Assembly (NCBI RefSeq): GCF_006345805.1
Contig: NC_043003.1
Coordinates: 9,920,001 to 9,984,000, forward strand
Length of the DNA stretch: 64,000 nucleotides
Reading direction: 5' to 3'
Source: Octopus sinensis
Lineage: Eukaryota
Below, in pieces: positions 39,125 through 53,694 of this stretch (position 1 is the stretch's first letter; the number at the start of each line of letters is the position of its first letter). The notes under the pieces were generated by a model. It searched no databases. It had not been told where the DNA came from and saw only the letters and a program-made list of their open reading frames with translations. A program made the position numbers and the translations under genes.

Positions 39125-39425
39125 GGAGGAACATGTCCTAGTGGTTAGAGCAGCGGACTCGCGGTCGAGAGATCGAGGGTACGAATCTCAGACCGGGCGA
39201 TGTGTGTGTTTATGTGCGAAACACCTAAGCTCCATGCGGCTCCGGCAGAAGGTAATGGCGAACTTCTGCTGACTCTTTCGCAAAAACTTTCTCTCACTCT
39301 TTCCTCCTGGATCTTGCAGTTCACCTGCAATGGACCGGCGTACCGTCCATGTGGGGAACATATACGCCAAAAGAAACCAGGAAACCGGCCCTTATGAGCC
39401 AGGCGTGGCTCGAGAAGGAACAAAC
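39125..39425 (+). mobile_element. SINE-C head with a different 3' tail, 9-bp TSD
   Basis: Matches SINE-C to about 39305, then cagttcacctgc..ggaaaccggcccttatgagcc..gaaggaacaaac; TSD aagcttgtg at 39113-39121 and 39426-39434. Confidence 0.85.
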
Positions 39426-39902
39426 AAGCTTGTGCGGTTTGATGAACATCTGCTGTTAAAAAATTACATTAGCTCGGTAAACTAATGCACTAAATCTGTC
39501 GAAGTCAGTATCAGACATTTTTGGTCTAATACTCCCTCACATTAACATTATGGGAATGTTTATTCTGATTTTCAATTAGTAAATATATTACCAACGATTA
39601 CCCAAACCATTTAAACCCACACCGAAGCACCCACTTCTCTTATTACAACTCACTGTCGTCCACGATCTTAACATGACCTCAACTATACAACCTTTGTTTT
39701 ATTTTATAACTGGTAAATGATATGTTTTTCGCCATCTTTATTATTTTATATTCTTGTGTCCTGCCACATTTATAGTGAAACATCTCAGGCTTCCTTTACT
39801 ATCACCATTGTCTTCATGCCCTTCCACTATCGAATAAAATCGATTTTGTTGATTCTGGCTTTAGCTACAAACTCAGTATTCCTCATTCACTTCAATTACC
39901 GT

Positions 39903-40138
39903 ATACCTATTTCTTTACTACCCACAAGGGGCTAAACACAGAGGGGACAAACAAGGACAGACAAACGGATTCGGTCGATTATATCGATCCCAGTGCGCAA
40001 CTGGTACATAATTTATCGACCCCGAAAGGATGAAAGGCAAAATCGACCTCGGCGGAATTTGAACTCAGAACGTAACGGCAGACGAAATACGGCTACGCAT
40101 TTCACCCGGCGTGCTAACGTTTCTGCCAGCTCACCGCT
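39903..40138 (-). mobile_element. SINE-B monomer (B2 tail)
   Basis: Reverse complement of head plus one 184-bp body ending ..aaagaaataggtat. Confidence 0.9.
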
Positions 40139-40476
40139 TTATACCGTCGATCTTGAACCTCACGTGGCTATCTAAGATTTTGAATATTCCAGATACTTGC
40201 ATTATAAGACTATTATGTCTATGAGTAAGTGAAGAACAGTCAGCTGATCACTAGGAATGTGTTGAATGAATTGCTGGGTGTCATAATATTTAAGGTTTTA
40301 TGAAAGTAAGTCAAAGGACACCAAATCGTTTAACAAATCAATTGTTTCCTGACAATGCACCTATAAACCTGGGAGCATACGTCACTTTTTGATCACACAC
40401 ACACACACAAACACACACACATATAATATATACACATACATATTTGATTGTATGTTTTTGTGTACATATATTCCTG

Positions 40477-40706
40477 TACTCTTACTCTTTTACTCTTTTA
40501 CTTGTTTCTGTCATTTGACTGTGGTCATGCTGGAGCACCACCTTTAGTCGAGCACATCGACCCCAGGACTTATTCTTTGGAAGCGTAGTACTTATTCTCT
40601 CTTTTGCCGAACCGCTAAGATACGGGGACGTAAACACACCAGCATCGGTTGTCAAGCGATATTGGGAGAACAAACACAGACACACAAACATATAAACACA
40701 CATACT

Positions 40707-40743
<37 letters not shown>

Positions 40744-40906
40744 GACGGGCTTCTTTCAGTTTCCGTCTACCAAATCCATTCACAAGGCTTTGGTTGGCCC
40801 GAAGCTATAGTAGAAGACACTTGCCCAGGGTACCACACAGTGGGACTGAACCTGGAACCATGTGGTTGGTAAGCAAGCTACTTACCACACAGCCTCTCCT
40901 GCACCT
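40477..40906 (-). mobile_element. SINE-A, full length
   Basis: Reverse complement of the SINE-A layout. Confidence 0.9.
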
Positions 40907-41616
40907 ACGCCTGTATGAATGTATGTGTATAAACTAAATGGAAAAATCATTAAATAGTTAAACTAAAACTCTCATAAAATTAAGGAAATTAGTAATACAT
41001 AGGAGGAAATAAATTTGAAGTTCATTTTGTCTGAAAAGATCGATTGTCTTGCACTAGTTCTCAAGGAAAAGTCAGAAAATAGAAGATAGAAATAGCAACT
41101 TGTACCGGTCAAGACGAACTTCCGTATTCACGTTGTTTTCGTCAAATAGATTCGATGGCCTCTAAATAAATGCATCACAGTCAACACTTCCAGAAACATC
41201 GGTTTTGATATGTTCTGGAAATAGAATTTAATTAATTTGACTAGAGTCCTAATGATGCATCTCTAACTTGACTAATGAATATTAAGCAAGCAGATAAATA
41301 GCCAAGCAATAATGATAATACCTATGAAGTTTGGAGGCATGTGTATCGTTGTAGGGGTGTAAGCATCGTACACATGCTGTTTTATTTGATTGGCATGCTC
41401 ATTCTAATTGCAGCAGTATTCGCATGTGTATTAATTAACTTCAGTGCAATTGATATGACGAGCATAATGTGTTTATAAATTGGAATATTGTAGTAAATGC
41501 TAATGGCAAACGGATCGATACAAGGATGATTTGTGCTGGTTGTATGACTATTGGAGATAATGATGAAATTTTAGATATGCAGGAAATAATGTTTGTTCAA
41601 GAAACAATACTATGTG

Positions 41617-41663
<47 letters not shown>

Positions 41664-41731
41664 TCTTAGAATGTAGTGTTGTCAAAGTATATATATATAA
41701 ATATTACGTACGACATAGTCATAGATATATA

Positions 41732-42591
41732 TAAGGTTGGCAAGTAAGTTCCCGCCGTTTTTTAAAATTTAAACATTGTAAAATGTTTAATAAAAAATAA
41801 CAACTAACTAATCAATAATGTATTCACTCCTCTTGTTTACAACTTCTTCCCAACGTTCAACAAGATTTTCAATACCTCGTTGGTAGAAGTCACCCGATTT
41901 CGACTCGAAAAATTGATACAACCAAGCTCTCAATTCTGCAGCAGTAGTGAACGAATTTCCGCGCATAGCATTTGAAAAAGATCGAAAGAGGTGGAAATCC
42001 ATTGGTGTCAAATCAGGAGAGTACGGTAGGTGTGGCAGCTTTTCCCAGCCATGAGTTTGAATGGTTTCCTTGGTCATATTAGTGATATGGGGACGGGCGT
42101 TGTCGTGCAGCTGAACTCCATGCTGCCGATTAGGTCTTTTCTCTTGAATAGCCGTGTTGAGTCGAGAATTTTGACGAGAATTTTCGTGCAAACGTTGGTT
42201 TAATCGCTCTTCCTCGAATTCAACTGGACGGCCAGAACGATGTGCGTTTTGTGGTCAAAATTTCCAGTTTTGAACTTGGCATACCAATCCCGAGCGGTTC
42301 TTTCAGGTATGGCACCCTGTCCATACACAGCACAAATGTTGCGAGCAGCTATTGTGGCCTTGATTAAAAGCAAAAAGGAGGTGGTGAAAATGCTCGTTTT
42401 TCTTAACTTGACATTCCATTTTAATGATCTGATAATAAACAAAAATTAACTAAAATTAACTAGAAAAAAAATAGATTCCAAAATAATTCAAATATAGAAT
42501 TCTCGAAAAAAATAGATTCAAAAATATAAAAACGCGATAAATTACAAAATTAAAAAAAAAAAACACGGTGGTAATTTAGTTGCTAACCCAA
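41732..42591 (-). mobile_element. Internally deleted mariner with both TIRs
   Basis: N-terminal AARNICAVYGQGAIPERTARDWYAKFKTGNFD; C-terminal LHDNARPH..YSPDLTPMDFHLFRS..WEEVVNKRSEYIID; degenerate TIRs ggttggcaagtaagttcccgccg / cggtggtaatttagttgctaacc, TA-flanked. Confidence 0.92.
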
Positions 42592-42654
42592 TAGTTCAGA
42601 ATTTTTCTAAGATCTTTTTTCTTAAAAAAATCTGTAAGGTTACTATATTGGAAC

Positions 42655-43060
42655 AGGCATGGCTATATCGTCTCATACAAAGCTCGCTTCCCAAGTACAA
42701 AGTTTCGGATTCAGTACTACTGCCCATCACCTATGGCTGGTGTCTTCTACAAAAGACCAAGCCTCTCAATGCATTGTGAGTGAATTTGGGAGATGAGAAC
42801 TGAGAAATGCCGTCGCATGTGTGTGTGTGTATACATGCATACATGCGTGCGTATGTGTCTCTGTGTTTGTGCTTTCCCCCCACCCCATCCGGTGTTGCAT
42901 TGTTTAGGTTCCCACAACGTAATTGTTCGGTCGAAGAGACTGATATAATAAATACAGATATAAAAGCATAAGTACTGGAGCTGATTTATTTCAACTTAGA
43001 CATTCTAGGTGTGCCCAGACATGGCTGCAGTCCAATGATTCGGAAAAGTAAAAGATAAAA
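42655..43060 (+). mobile_element. SINE-A, strongly diverged
   Basis: ggtgtcttctac..gtgagtgaatttgg..aagtactggagc..gacatggctgcagtcc. Confidence 0.6.
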
Positions 43061-43849
43061 TGTAAACACTGAAAAGCTGTATACAGATGCATTGAAGAAA
43101 AACATCATACATATTAGAGTTTATGACAATAAACCAGAGCTGTCGATAGATAATTAGATAAATATAAAACTGTTGAAATTTCGATAACTTCAATTAAATG
43201 TAAAAGTAGTGTAGCGGAGATTTAAAACTGAATCCATGCATACGCCTTCAGATATCGCGAGCAAACCACCATACTCTCACGTGATCGGTCTATCAAACGA
43301 CAAATTAGCGTGAGGTGATGACATGGATAGGTTTTCTGGAACATTCTAGAATTTGAGCTCCGTTTGCCCATAAGAACCGTTCGCCCTGAACGGTTTATAT
43401 AGGGTGTCCATGAAAGCAGCTGAGACAGATGGCGCAGATAGATGACAGGGACCTCCGTCGCCACGAATGCAGCACAACTGTTTGCGATTATATTGGGTGA
43501 GTTGCATGATGCTGTAGCACTTACATCCCTTAAACTCTAAGCAGTATCTCTCTCCCACAATGCAGTTATTGCTGTTTCTTCTTCTTCTTCTTCTTCTTCT
43601 TCTTCTTCTTCTTCTTCCAATCAGGACTCACGCCATTAGCCACAAAGAACAAACTCAAATTCGAGCCTACCCTAAGCTACTAAGAATGCGTGTGGCAACT
43701 TGAAGATCCACCCACCACACACGATAGACTGGCGGTTGCACGGGCGCGAAAGCTACGTTGTTATCCTCATTCCGTAAACAGTAGCTTTTAACGGGTGGAG
43801 AGCTGAACCATCCTGGGGTACAGAGGATTCGCAATCTAGACTGGGGTCT

Positions 43850-44095
43850 GAAAGCTTACTACACCATAGTCGGTTACACCATGGTTCCTCTGGTTTGTGA
43901 CACAAATAGGAAGAAAGAGTGAGAGAAAGTTGTGGTGAAAGAGTATAGCGGGGTTCACCACCAGCCCCCGCCGGAGCTCGTGGAGCTTAAGTGTTTTTGC
44001 TGAATAAACACTCACAATTCCTGGTCTGGGTATCGAAACTGCGTTCTTACGACCGCGAGTCCGCTGCCCTAACCACTGGGCCATTGCGCCTCCAC
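43850..44095 (-). mobile_element. SINE-C, 3'-diverged or truncated
   Basis: Head ggaggcgcaatggcccagtggttagggcagcggactc on minus. Confidence 0.85.
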
Positions 44096-44669
44096 TATCG
44101 CTGTTGCTGGGTGTAAAAGGCTAATGTAGTTTGTCTTTATGTACGATAATGACATCTTCTGTTGCATGTTCGCGAATGATATTCAATTACATCGACATTT
44201 ATCAACCCAACCAGTTACCACCACAGACCAGTCCACAACTCATAGGCTACGACATTAGTTTGTGGTATTGAGTAGAGTGGCAAAGAGCATCATAATAATG
44301 AAGTTAATGGCAAAAGGCTTTATTCACGCAGAAGATGTTACGACAGTAATAATCAAAGAAACATACAACATAGAAAGTAGCACAGCAACAAACAAAGGGG
44401 TCATTTGACGAGTTTCTCAGTTTCCCATTTACTTCTATGCAACATTTATCCTCGTAATTCTATTTGTTAGATCTTATCAGTTTTATGTATTGCGAGGTAT
44501 TCGTAAGTATTTGTTCTTATTCACTGATTTCAGTATCAGAACCATCCAAAATTAGTTCTGTTTCAATATGTTTGTCCCTTCACATATTAATAGTGACACA
44601 TTTTGTCTCACCTCATAAACATGATTTAAAAACAACAACAATCCTTCTTTTTTCATTCCTTCTTCTTAT

Positions 44670-44773
44670 TGTTGTTGTTGTTGTTGTTGTTGCTGTTGTT
44701 GTTGATATCACTATTGTTATTGTTATTATTATTGTTATTGTTATTATTATCATTATTATTATTATTTATTATT

Positions 44774-44823
<50 letters not shown>

Positions 44824-44873
44824 TATTATTTATATCATCATCATCATCATCATCATTATTATTATTATTATCA

Positions 44874-44911
<38 letters not shown>

Positions 44912-44943
44912 TATTATTATTATCATCATCATCATCATCATCA

Positions 44944-44984
<41 letters not shown>

Positions 44985-44985
44985 G
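44670..44985. repeat. Compound trinucleotide array (GTT, ATT, CAT)
   Basis: Direct reading; continuous with the family D 3' end. Confidence 0.95.
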
Positions 44986-45330
44986 AGTGAGAGAGCAGTT
45001 CATGCCATCAAAGTGACACTGGGGTAAAATATACGAAGCCCAATATACCCATCATGACTACCCGTCTGATAAGGGTACACCAAGCACATGCATCACAAAC
45101 ATATGCGCGCGACATGGTGATCTCATATCAAGGTAAACAGCACATGACCTTGCAGTGGGGCCCAGTTAGAATTTTCTTCAGGTCGAGTAGCCCATCCCGC
45201 TCAAAAGGTCCCTGAATAAGGGTTTTTAAGGATGTTGAAAGAACCACCCATGTTTCCAGAGGTGAATTATTCAAACCCCAAGAATCCCTCTCAACACATG
45301 GCTATGATGCTCCCCCACTACTTCTGCTCG
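44985..45330 (-). mobile_element. Family D LINE 3'-end fragment flanked by (ATT)n on both sides
   Basis: gagtgagagagcagttcatgccatcaaagtgacac..ctacttctgctcgtg then (tat)n at 45332-45400. Confidence 0.8.
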
Positions 45331-45722
45331 TGTATTATTATTATTATTATTATTATTTTATTTTATTATTATTATTATATGTTTATTATTATTATTATTA
45401 CATGTAATTCGGATACAAGACCAGCAACTTTAAGGTAGAATAAGTCAAATGTATCAACCCCAGTACTTAGCTGATACTTTATTCTGTCGATCCCCCCCAA
45501 AATATGAAAGTCTATTCTATGTTGACCCCGGCTGAATTTGGACTGAAAAGACCCGGGAGAAATGCAGCAAAACCAACGCCGGCAATCGTTTGAGTGGTCG
45601 AACACCACTGAAACAAACGAAATGCGTGAAATTATTTAGATACATACATATATACATACTGCATACATACATACATACATATTTATTTATTTATATACAG
45701 ATAGATAGATAGATAGATAGAT

Positions 45723-45792
<70 letters not shown>

Positions 45793-47028
45793 GATAGATA
45801 GATAGATAAATGAATGCAATGTGGGTATGCAAATGCTTCTACTGTATGCTTGTATACGTGTTAGAGTTGCTGGTGTTGCTTAACTCACATATTCTTTAGA
45901 CTTTCCACTTAGATGATTTTTTCGAGTTCTTTAATAATGTTGACTATTTTCTGCAAGTAATCTAGATTAAATCTTATGACTAATTACTTAATGACTTCAT
46001 ATAGATGTTACATAATTTGTTATAACAATTGTTCAATCTCCATTAATGGAATGGTTTACATACCATGTCTTTATCGCTATTTCTTCGGTTTATGAATATC
46101 GAAAGGAAGTATTTAGTGTCGAACTAGAGTTTACTGAGCAAAAATTTGTTTTGAAAAGAAGAATAAAATTTCTAATCTAAATTATGCTGTCGTTTGGAAA
46201 CTTTCCTTTTCATTTTATTTGATTCACAATAGACCGCTATGTGCTGCTGGCTATCTACAAATACAAGAACTGCTGTTAATTTTTCACCTGAGGCGTAATG
46301 TGTGCAGCAGACGGTTTTAATATTAGAAGCTGTTATCCTGAAACATTGTGTAGAAATCAAAGACGCTTTCCGTTAGTGAGCTGTGAAAATATTATATGAT
46401 ACACTGCATGACATCAGTTGGATATTAGATTTACTCTGTCATCCAACAGGGAGCATTTGCTGCCATTTCTATAATAATAATGATTAGGGTTATATTGTTA
46501 TTGTGCTAAAGTAACAGCATTTACCGTCGCTTGAGAAGAGCGCGATTTGTAAATATCTGTCTTAAGAAAGCATTTAGTTGAACGTTCAAGGTATTTTATT
46601 CCGTTTATATCTTTACATCTCTTAGAAAATCTGTCGTAGCGTTTCAGATTTGTAACAGGTCGTTAAATGAAGACTGGATCGCCATATTGAACGGGCTTAT
46701 CGACTTATTGAGTCTCTGTTGTTTGTTTGAAAATATTTGTATACATATGTGAATAGAGATCGATAGACTGCAAAGTAAAAACCAATAGTGGAATTCTATG
46801 AAAGTTATAGAATCAACACGGTCATAAACTTGTAGGTTTTGTTAATTAAAATTGATTTCACGGGTTTAAAATCTTACGTCACATATCAACTAATAAATTA
46901 AATTTCCAATTCAATGACGATTCTTTCCCATAGTCTCGAGAAGAAGTTGGAAAAGCTATGTAATAACTTAACAGGATATGTCTTGCCAAAGAATTCTATG
47001 TTGAAGGTTCATTTATTTATTTGAAGTA

Positions 47029-47097
<69 letters not shown>

Positions 47098-47114
47098 ATA
47101 TATATATATATATA

Positions 47115-47410
47115 CGAGGGTGAGTCAAAAGGTAATGCCATTTTGTATAGGACAGGTATAATTACCAACACAGGAACATGTATCATACATCAAAAGGAAG
47201 CTTGTTCTCTGTGGATCACATCCCTACTCCTCAACGTAGTCACCGTTTCTCTCAATATCAATGTTCTACATTCGAATGAGATCATGTATCCCTGCCTCGT
47301 AAAATTCTGTTGACTGTTCTTTGAGCTACTTCTTCAATACAGTTTTCACTTCTTCGTCACTGGAATAATATTTGCCACTCAAACTCTCTTTCATGGGGCC
47401 GAAGAGATGA
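47115..47410 (-). mobile_element. Mariner 3' fragment with TIR
   Basis: TA|cgagggtgagtcaaaa; minus translation YHLFGPMKESLSGKYYSSDEEVKTV..FYEAGIHDLIR..RNGDYVEE. Confidence 0.85.
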
Positions 47411-47426
47411 TAGCACGCTGGGCAAA

Positions 47427-47790
47427 ATGCGGCGAGTTGGCAGAAACGTTAGCACGCCGGGCGAAATGCGTAGCCGTATTTCGTCTGCCGTTAAGTTCTG
47501 AGTTCAAATTACGCCGAGGTCGACTTTGCCTTTCATCCTTTCGGGGTCGATAAATTAAGTACCAGTTACGCACTGGGGTCGATATAATCGACTTAATCCG
47601 TTTGTCTGTCCTTGTTTGACCCCTCTGTGTGTAGCCCCTTGTGGGTAGTAAAGAAATAGGTATTTCGTCTGCATTTACGTTCTGAATTCACATTCCACCG
47701 AGGTCGACTTTGCCTTTCACCCTTTCGGTGTCGATAAATTAAGTACCAGTTGCGTACTGGGATCGATCTAATCGACTGTCCCCCCCCTTC
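47427..47790 (+). mobile_element. SINE-B dimer (B2-tailed unit followed by B1-type unit)
   Basis: The second unit starts ggtatttcgtctgc at about 47659, directly after ..aaagaaata. Confidence 0.88.
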
Positions 47791-48738
47791 CATTTCGGGA
47801 TATGGTCGTGTATTTGATTTGTTAGTTTAATTTTAAGGCGAGTTCAATGCATAAGATGTAGGCAGATGTTGATCCATTTTCACAGCTCTCAATCTGGTTT
47901 TGATTCTTCGCTTTATCTATTTTCCTCGCAAACTTTGGCAATGCTCTTAGGAAATGCATGACACGACTTCAGATATATTTTCTGCAAAACCTTTCTAGAC
48001 TTCATAATGATTTTTATGTAACAAAACAAATTCCGCGGAAACTCTTTGTGTTATGCATCAACAACGATCTCATAATGCAATTCAGGAATATATTTGAGAT
48101 CATAAATCACGTAAAGAGGGGGAAATAGGAAATTTTCGAACTGAATCTTTGATTAAATGATGTAATCGAGGCTTTGAGTAAAAGATATAAATGAAAAAAT
48201 TTCAATATTTTCTGGCGGATCAAGTGAGTTGGAAAATCGGAAAGCTGAAGCATGATGTTTCTGCAGCTGTTATCGAAGATAACGTTTCATCTATTCCCCT
48301 GAAATTAATAAAATACATACCAGTAATACAGCACAACAATTTCCAATATATCCTGTTTGACTTTCATATAAAATTGGCTTTCATCGAAGTGAAGAAGAGT
48401 TAATCAAATATTTTTCTGCAATACCACACAAAGTTTATTTCTATTCAATACTAAAATTAAATAATTTTCTGATAATTTGTGGAATTCTGAATAGTAAAAC
48501 CTCTTGAGGCAACAAATTGTTTACATATTTGTCCTATAACTTATCACAAAATGCTACAATTGAAAATTAGATTATATTCAGCAAGTTTAATCTATTAGTC
48601 TATAAATACCAGATTATAGCAAGTTTATATTTCCAGTAACAGAGGCACTAATTTCCATGAATATAAACGAACAAGTTTCTGACCGTCTCTCTTGTCTGTT
48701 TATTTCTGAGTCACATACTCTCTCTCTTTCTCTCTCTT

Positions 48739-48783
<45 letters not shown>

Positions 48784-49170
48784 CTTTTTCGCTGTTATTT
48801 TCTCTCTTATTCTCTCGCATGTATGTATGGTTTTAGACTACATCAGGTAGTGGGGCCCAGGTGCGGGAATGCCAGGGTTTTGAAATGTGTGATACCACTC
48901 ATTAACTACTGTTGTGCTTGGATCTACTTTCATCTGGAGCAGTAGCATATGTTAGGGTCCCAGCTATGGATCAAATAGTATATAAGCCAATGAGAGTAAA
49001 GAACTCTTAGTAACCGTTAGAAATTCCTTCTTAGAGAGCATCAATTTGTATAAGGAACCTCAAGTGCAACTAGTTTCTGATGGTCTCTCTCTCTTTCTCT
49101 CTCTCTATATATATATCTCTTATTATAATATATATATAAATGAGTATCTCATTTATTTCTTTTGCCACAT

Positions 49171-49225
49171 GTATCACTGACGAAGGGCAGGCTGTTATAA
49201 GCTAACCCTGAAATCGGTCCGATAT
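49171..49225 (+). ncRNA. Type-I hammerhead motif, intact CUGACGA core
   Basis: GTATCA-CTGACGA-AGGG-CAGGCTGTTATAAGCTAA-CCCT-GAA-ATCGGT-C-CGATAT; GUC site. Confidence 0.7.
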
Positions 49226-49473
49226 GGTAATAATGGAATTTTTTAGAAATTTCTGTCGACCTTTTTTCGAGTAGCGTGCATATTGTGAAAAAAGTATATG
49301 GTTAATGGACAATGTGTCCAATTTTTCGGCATATCTGGCATTATAAATTTTTTCGTTTGCCCTTATTTATGAATTGTTTATAGATTTAACCTTTAAAGGT
49401 ATTTTTTGATATGCTGGCGATTGATAAAATTTTTTCGGAAAAGAATTTTTTCGAAAAAAATGTTATCCTTCAT

Positions 49474-49504
<31 letters not shown>

Positions 49505-49789
49505 TATATATATTGTATGTATATATGTGTATAAAGAATATGTGTGTGTGCGTGCCTGTGTGTCTATTACTATAATTATATATTATTCATAAAACAATAT
49601 ATGCTCCATATATTTCGTATATACATAGTGTGTGTGTGTGTATGTGTGTGTGTATGTGTGTGATGCTAAGTCAACTCGGGATTTAGTAAGACCAGCTTTT
49701 AAAGTTAATAAGTCTGTACAAATATTCCGAGAATCCAACAAATTCCTGTTTTATTTTTAGCGAATAAAATGCTACACGGCATGAAGTCA

Positions 49790-50260
49790 GCAAATTAGGT
49801 CAATGCGTTGCTCACAAACTGTCCGAGTCTAATCGAACGCAGAGAGTGAATGTGTGCTTTTCTTTGCTGTCGCGTTTCACGAATGAACCATTTTTGGACT
49901 GAATAGTGACTGGTGACGAGAAATGGGTTCTCTATAAAAATGTCAAACGCGGAAGGCAGTGGGTAGGGAAAGGAGAAACACCGGCAACCCAGAGTAAAGA
50001 AGGTGTTGTTATCTGTTTGGTGGGATATGAAATGTCTAGTTCACTTTGAAATTTTAAAGCCAAATCAAATGATAACAAAGGAGATCTACGGCGAGCAGCT
50101 TGAACGGCTTAAGTCAGCGCCAAAAGAAAAACGACCATCTTTGATTTGACGACGAAAGGTGTTCTTCCATCAGGATAATGCTTGGCTACATACAGAAAGG
50201 ATGACATCCCACCAGCTGCAGTAGTAATAATGTGAAATGATGCCCCATCCACCATATTCG
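49790..50260 (+). mobile_element. Decayed mariner catalytic domain
   Basis: IVTGDEKWVLYKN..LLSVWWD..FFHQDNAWLH..MPHPPYS with stops and frameshifts. Confidence 0.88.
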
Positions 50261-51320
<1,060 letters not shown>

Positions 51321-51865
51321 ACGTGAACACAGCTGAATACTTCCGCGTTTGTAATTCATTTCTTTAATAAAATTACGAAAATTTTGCTTCGATAATTTTA
51401 TTCTCTTTACGAAATTCGAAAAATATGCTCGAAAAATAAACAAATAAGGAATAACATTTTTAATCTATTTGGGATCTATTCATTGCTGCCATATTCCAAT
51501 TGCGTACACATTCCATCTTTTCGATGTTATCCATGCTATTTTCGATATAGAATCTTATCTCAGAATTCAAAGTAATGTTGTCATAGAAATGAGATAATTT
51601 CAGAATAGTGTTTCTTTGAAAGTTATTTTGAGTTACATTGAAGCAATGGAAAAAAAAATAGAATCTAGATCAAAGTTGTAAAGAATATTCTTAAATTTGG
51701 GTCTTGTTTCTATTTTTAATTTAAAGGCATGTCAATTAAAAGACAATACTCGTAAAAATATATCAAACTAATGGATCACCTTTATTCGTTTAAACTTGAA
51801 GTATTTTCACAATGAAAACCTCAATGCTAAAACAAGAATACATGTGTATTTGTGTGTGGCACTGT

Positions 51866-52091
51866 ATACTCTTTTACTCTTTTACTCTTTTACTTGTTTC
51901 AATCACTTGACTGCGGCCATGCTGGAGCACCGCCTTTTTTTTAATCGAGCAACTCGACCCCGGGACTTATTCTTTGTAAGCCCAGTACTTATTCTATCGG
52001 TCTCTTTTGCCGAACCGCTAGGTGACGGGGACATAAACACACCAGCAACGGTTGCTAGGGGGGCAAACACAGACACACAAACATACACGCG

Positions 52092-52142
<51 letters not shown>

Positions 52143-52270
52143 GACGGGCTTCTTTCAGTTTCCGTTTACCAAATCCACTCACAAGGCTTTAGTCGGCCCG
52201 AGGCTATAGTAGAAGACACTTGCCCAAGGTTCCACACAGTGGGACTGAACCCGGAACCATGTGGTTGGTT
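51866..52270 (-). mobile_element. SINE-A
   Basis: Reverse complement of SINE-A; the extreme 5' end is missing. Confidence 0.88.
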
Positions 52271-52616
52271 GTATATATATATATATGTGTGTGCGTGAGA
52301 GTGTGTATGTGTGTGGGCGTGCGTGTTTGTGCTGTATTTTCTTGGAGTACTTTTAACCATACATTTTATGTTATCTCAGGGTAGCAAATACTTTTATAAT
52401 ATTCTTCCATTGTGTTGTTGATTACATTCATCGTATGTCGTAGAAATAGGAGCATTGAAGTTCCGCTCTTCTTTGTGTTACACTGGAGTAAATGGTTGTG
52501 CTCATACACACATCTGGTTCAATATTGGTTCATAAATGTACTTTTTACGTCACTAATGACCTAATCCCACCTTTACGTCTCTCCGTGTGTTTATTGCGTA
52601 TGTTTATAATATATAT

Positions 52617-52788
52617 GGGCAGGAATGGCGGTGTGGTAAGTAACTTGATTACCAACCACATGGTTTCGGGTTTAATCCACTGCGTGGCATCTTGAGCAAG
52701 TGTGTTCTACTATGGTCTCGGGCCGACAAAAGCCTTCTGAGTGGATTTGGTAGAAAGAATCTGAAAAAAAGCCCATCGTATATATACG

Positions 52789-52873
<85 letters not shown>

Positions 52874-53085
52874 TGTGTATGTTTCTGTTTCTGCGTTTGT
52901 ATCGCCACCATCGCTTGACAACTGATGTTGGTGTATTTATATCCCTGTAACTTTTAGCCCCTTGTGGGCAGTAAAGAAATATATATCCCCGTAACTTATA
53001 AGTACTAGGCTTGTAAAGAATAAGAACTGGGGTAGATTTGTTCGACTAAAGGCGGTACTACAGATGACTAAAATAAATAAAAGAA
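52617..53085 (+). mobile_element. SINE-A with expanded internal (TG)n
   Basis: ggcaggaatggcggtgtggtaag..(tg)n..atcgcttgacaactgatg..aagtactaggc. Confidence 0.85.
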
Positions 53086-53408
53086 TATATATATATATAT
53101 ATAATTATGTAGGTAGATACGCTAACATCCTATGTCTGTCCTCTTGAAAATCAACTGCTTATTCAATTTTTAAAATCCAGTACGAGGTTGCAGTTGTATT
53201 ATTTGTAAAATTCCTATTAGCAAATGTAACATATGTAATGGCGAATAAAATAATTCTAATATATTTTCCAAATTCTTGATTTGCTTTATACCTACATACA
53301 TAGGGGTATGAGCTGTCTTTGGCTGCTATTTCTAAATTTTCGGTATGTGGCGAAGCAACTTATTGCTTAACCACTTATTATATATATACACGCACACACA
53401 TACATATA

Positions 53409-53627
53409 TGAGGGGTGCTGAAATATTCCTGGTTTTAAGGATTTCCTGAAAGACTACGTTTGACGCCCAACATTCCGAGTTCTTCTACAGGGCTTTAGAA
53501 AAACTGAAGGTCTGCTGCAAGAAGTGCATGAATTTTAGAGAGGGGAACATGTTGGATAAAACTGTAATTAAACAATCTGGCTGTATTTTCTCTTACTCCA
53601 AAACAGGAACTTTCATTACCGCCTCTA
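53409..53627 (+). mobile_element. Mariner-derived miniature element (about 220 bp)
   Basis: Degenerate TIRs gaggggtgctgaaatattcctgg / caggaactttcattaccgcctc, TA-flanked; internal EFFYRALEKL..CKKC resembles a mariner C-terminus. Confidence 0.65.
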
Positions 53628-53663
53628 TATCTACAATTAAATATATACACGCACACATACACA

Positions 53664-53694
<31 letters not shown>

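Noticed and set aside
43222-43720. Possible RTE LINE C-terminal remnant (SQLLSWTP..RSGR)
   Set aside because: Heavily frameshifted; resemblance too weak to call by eye.
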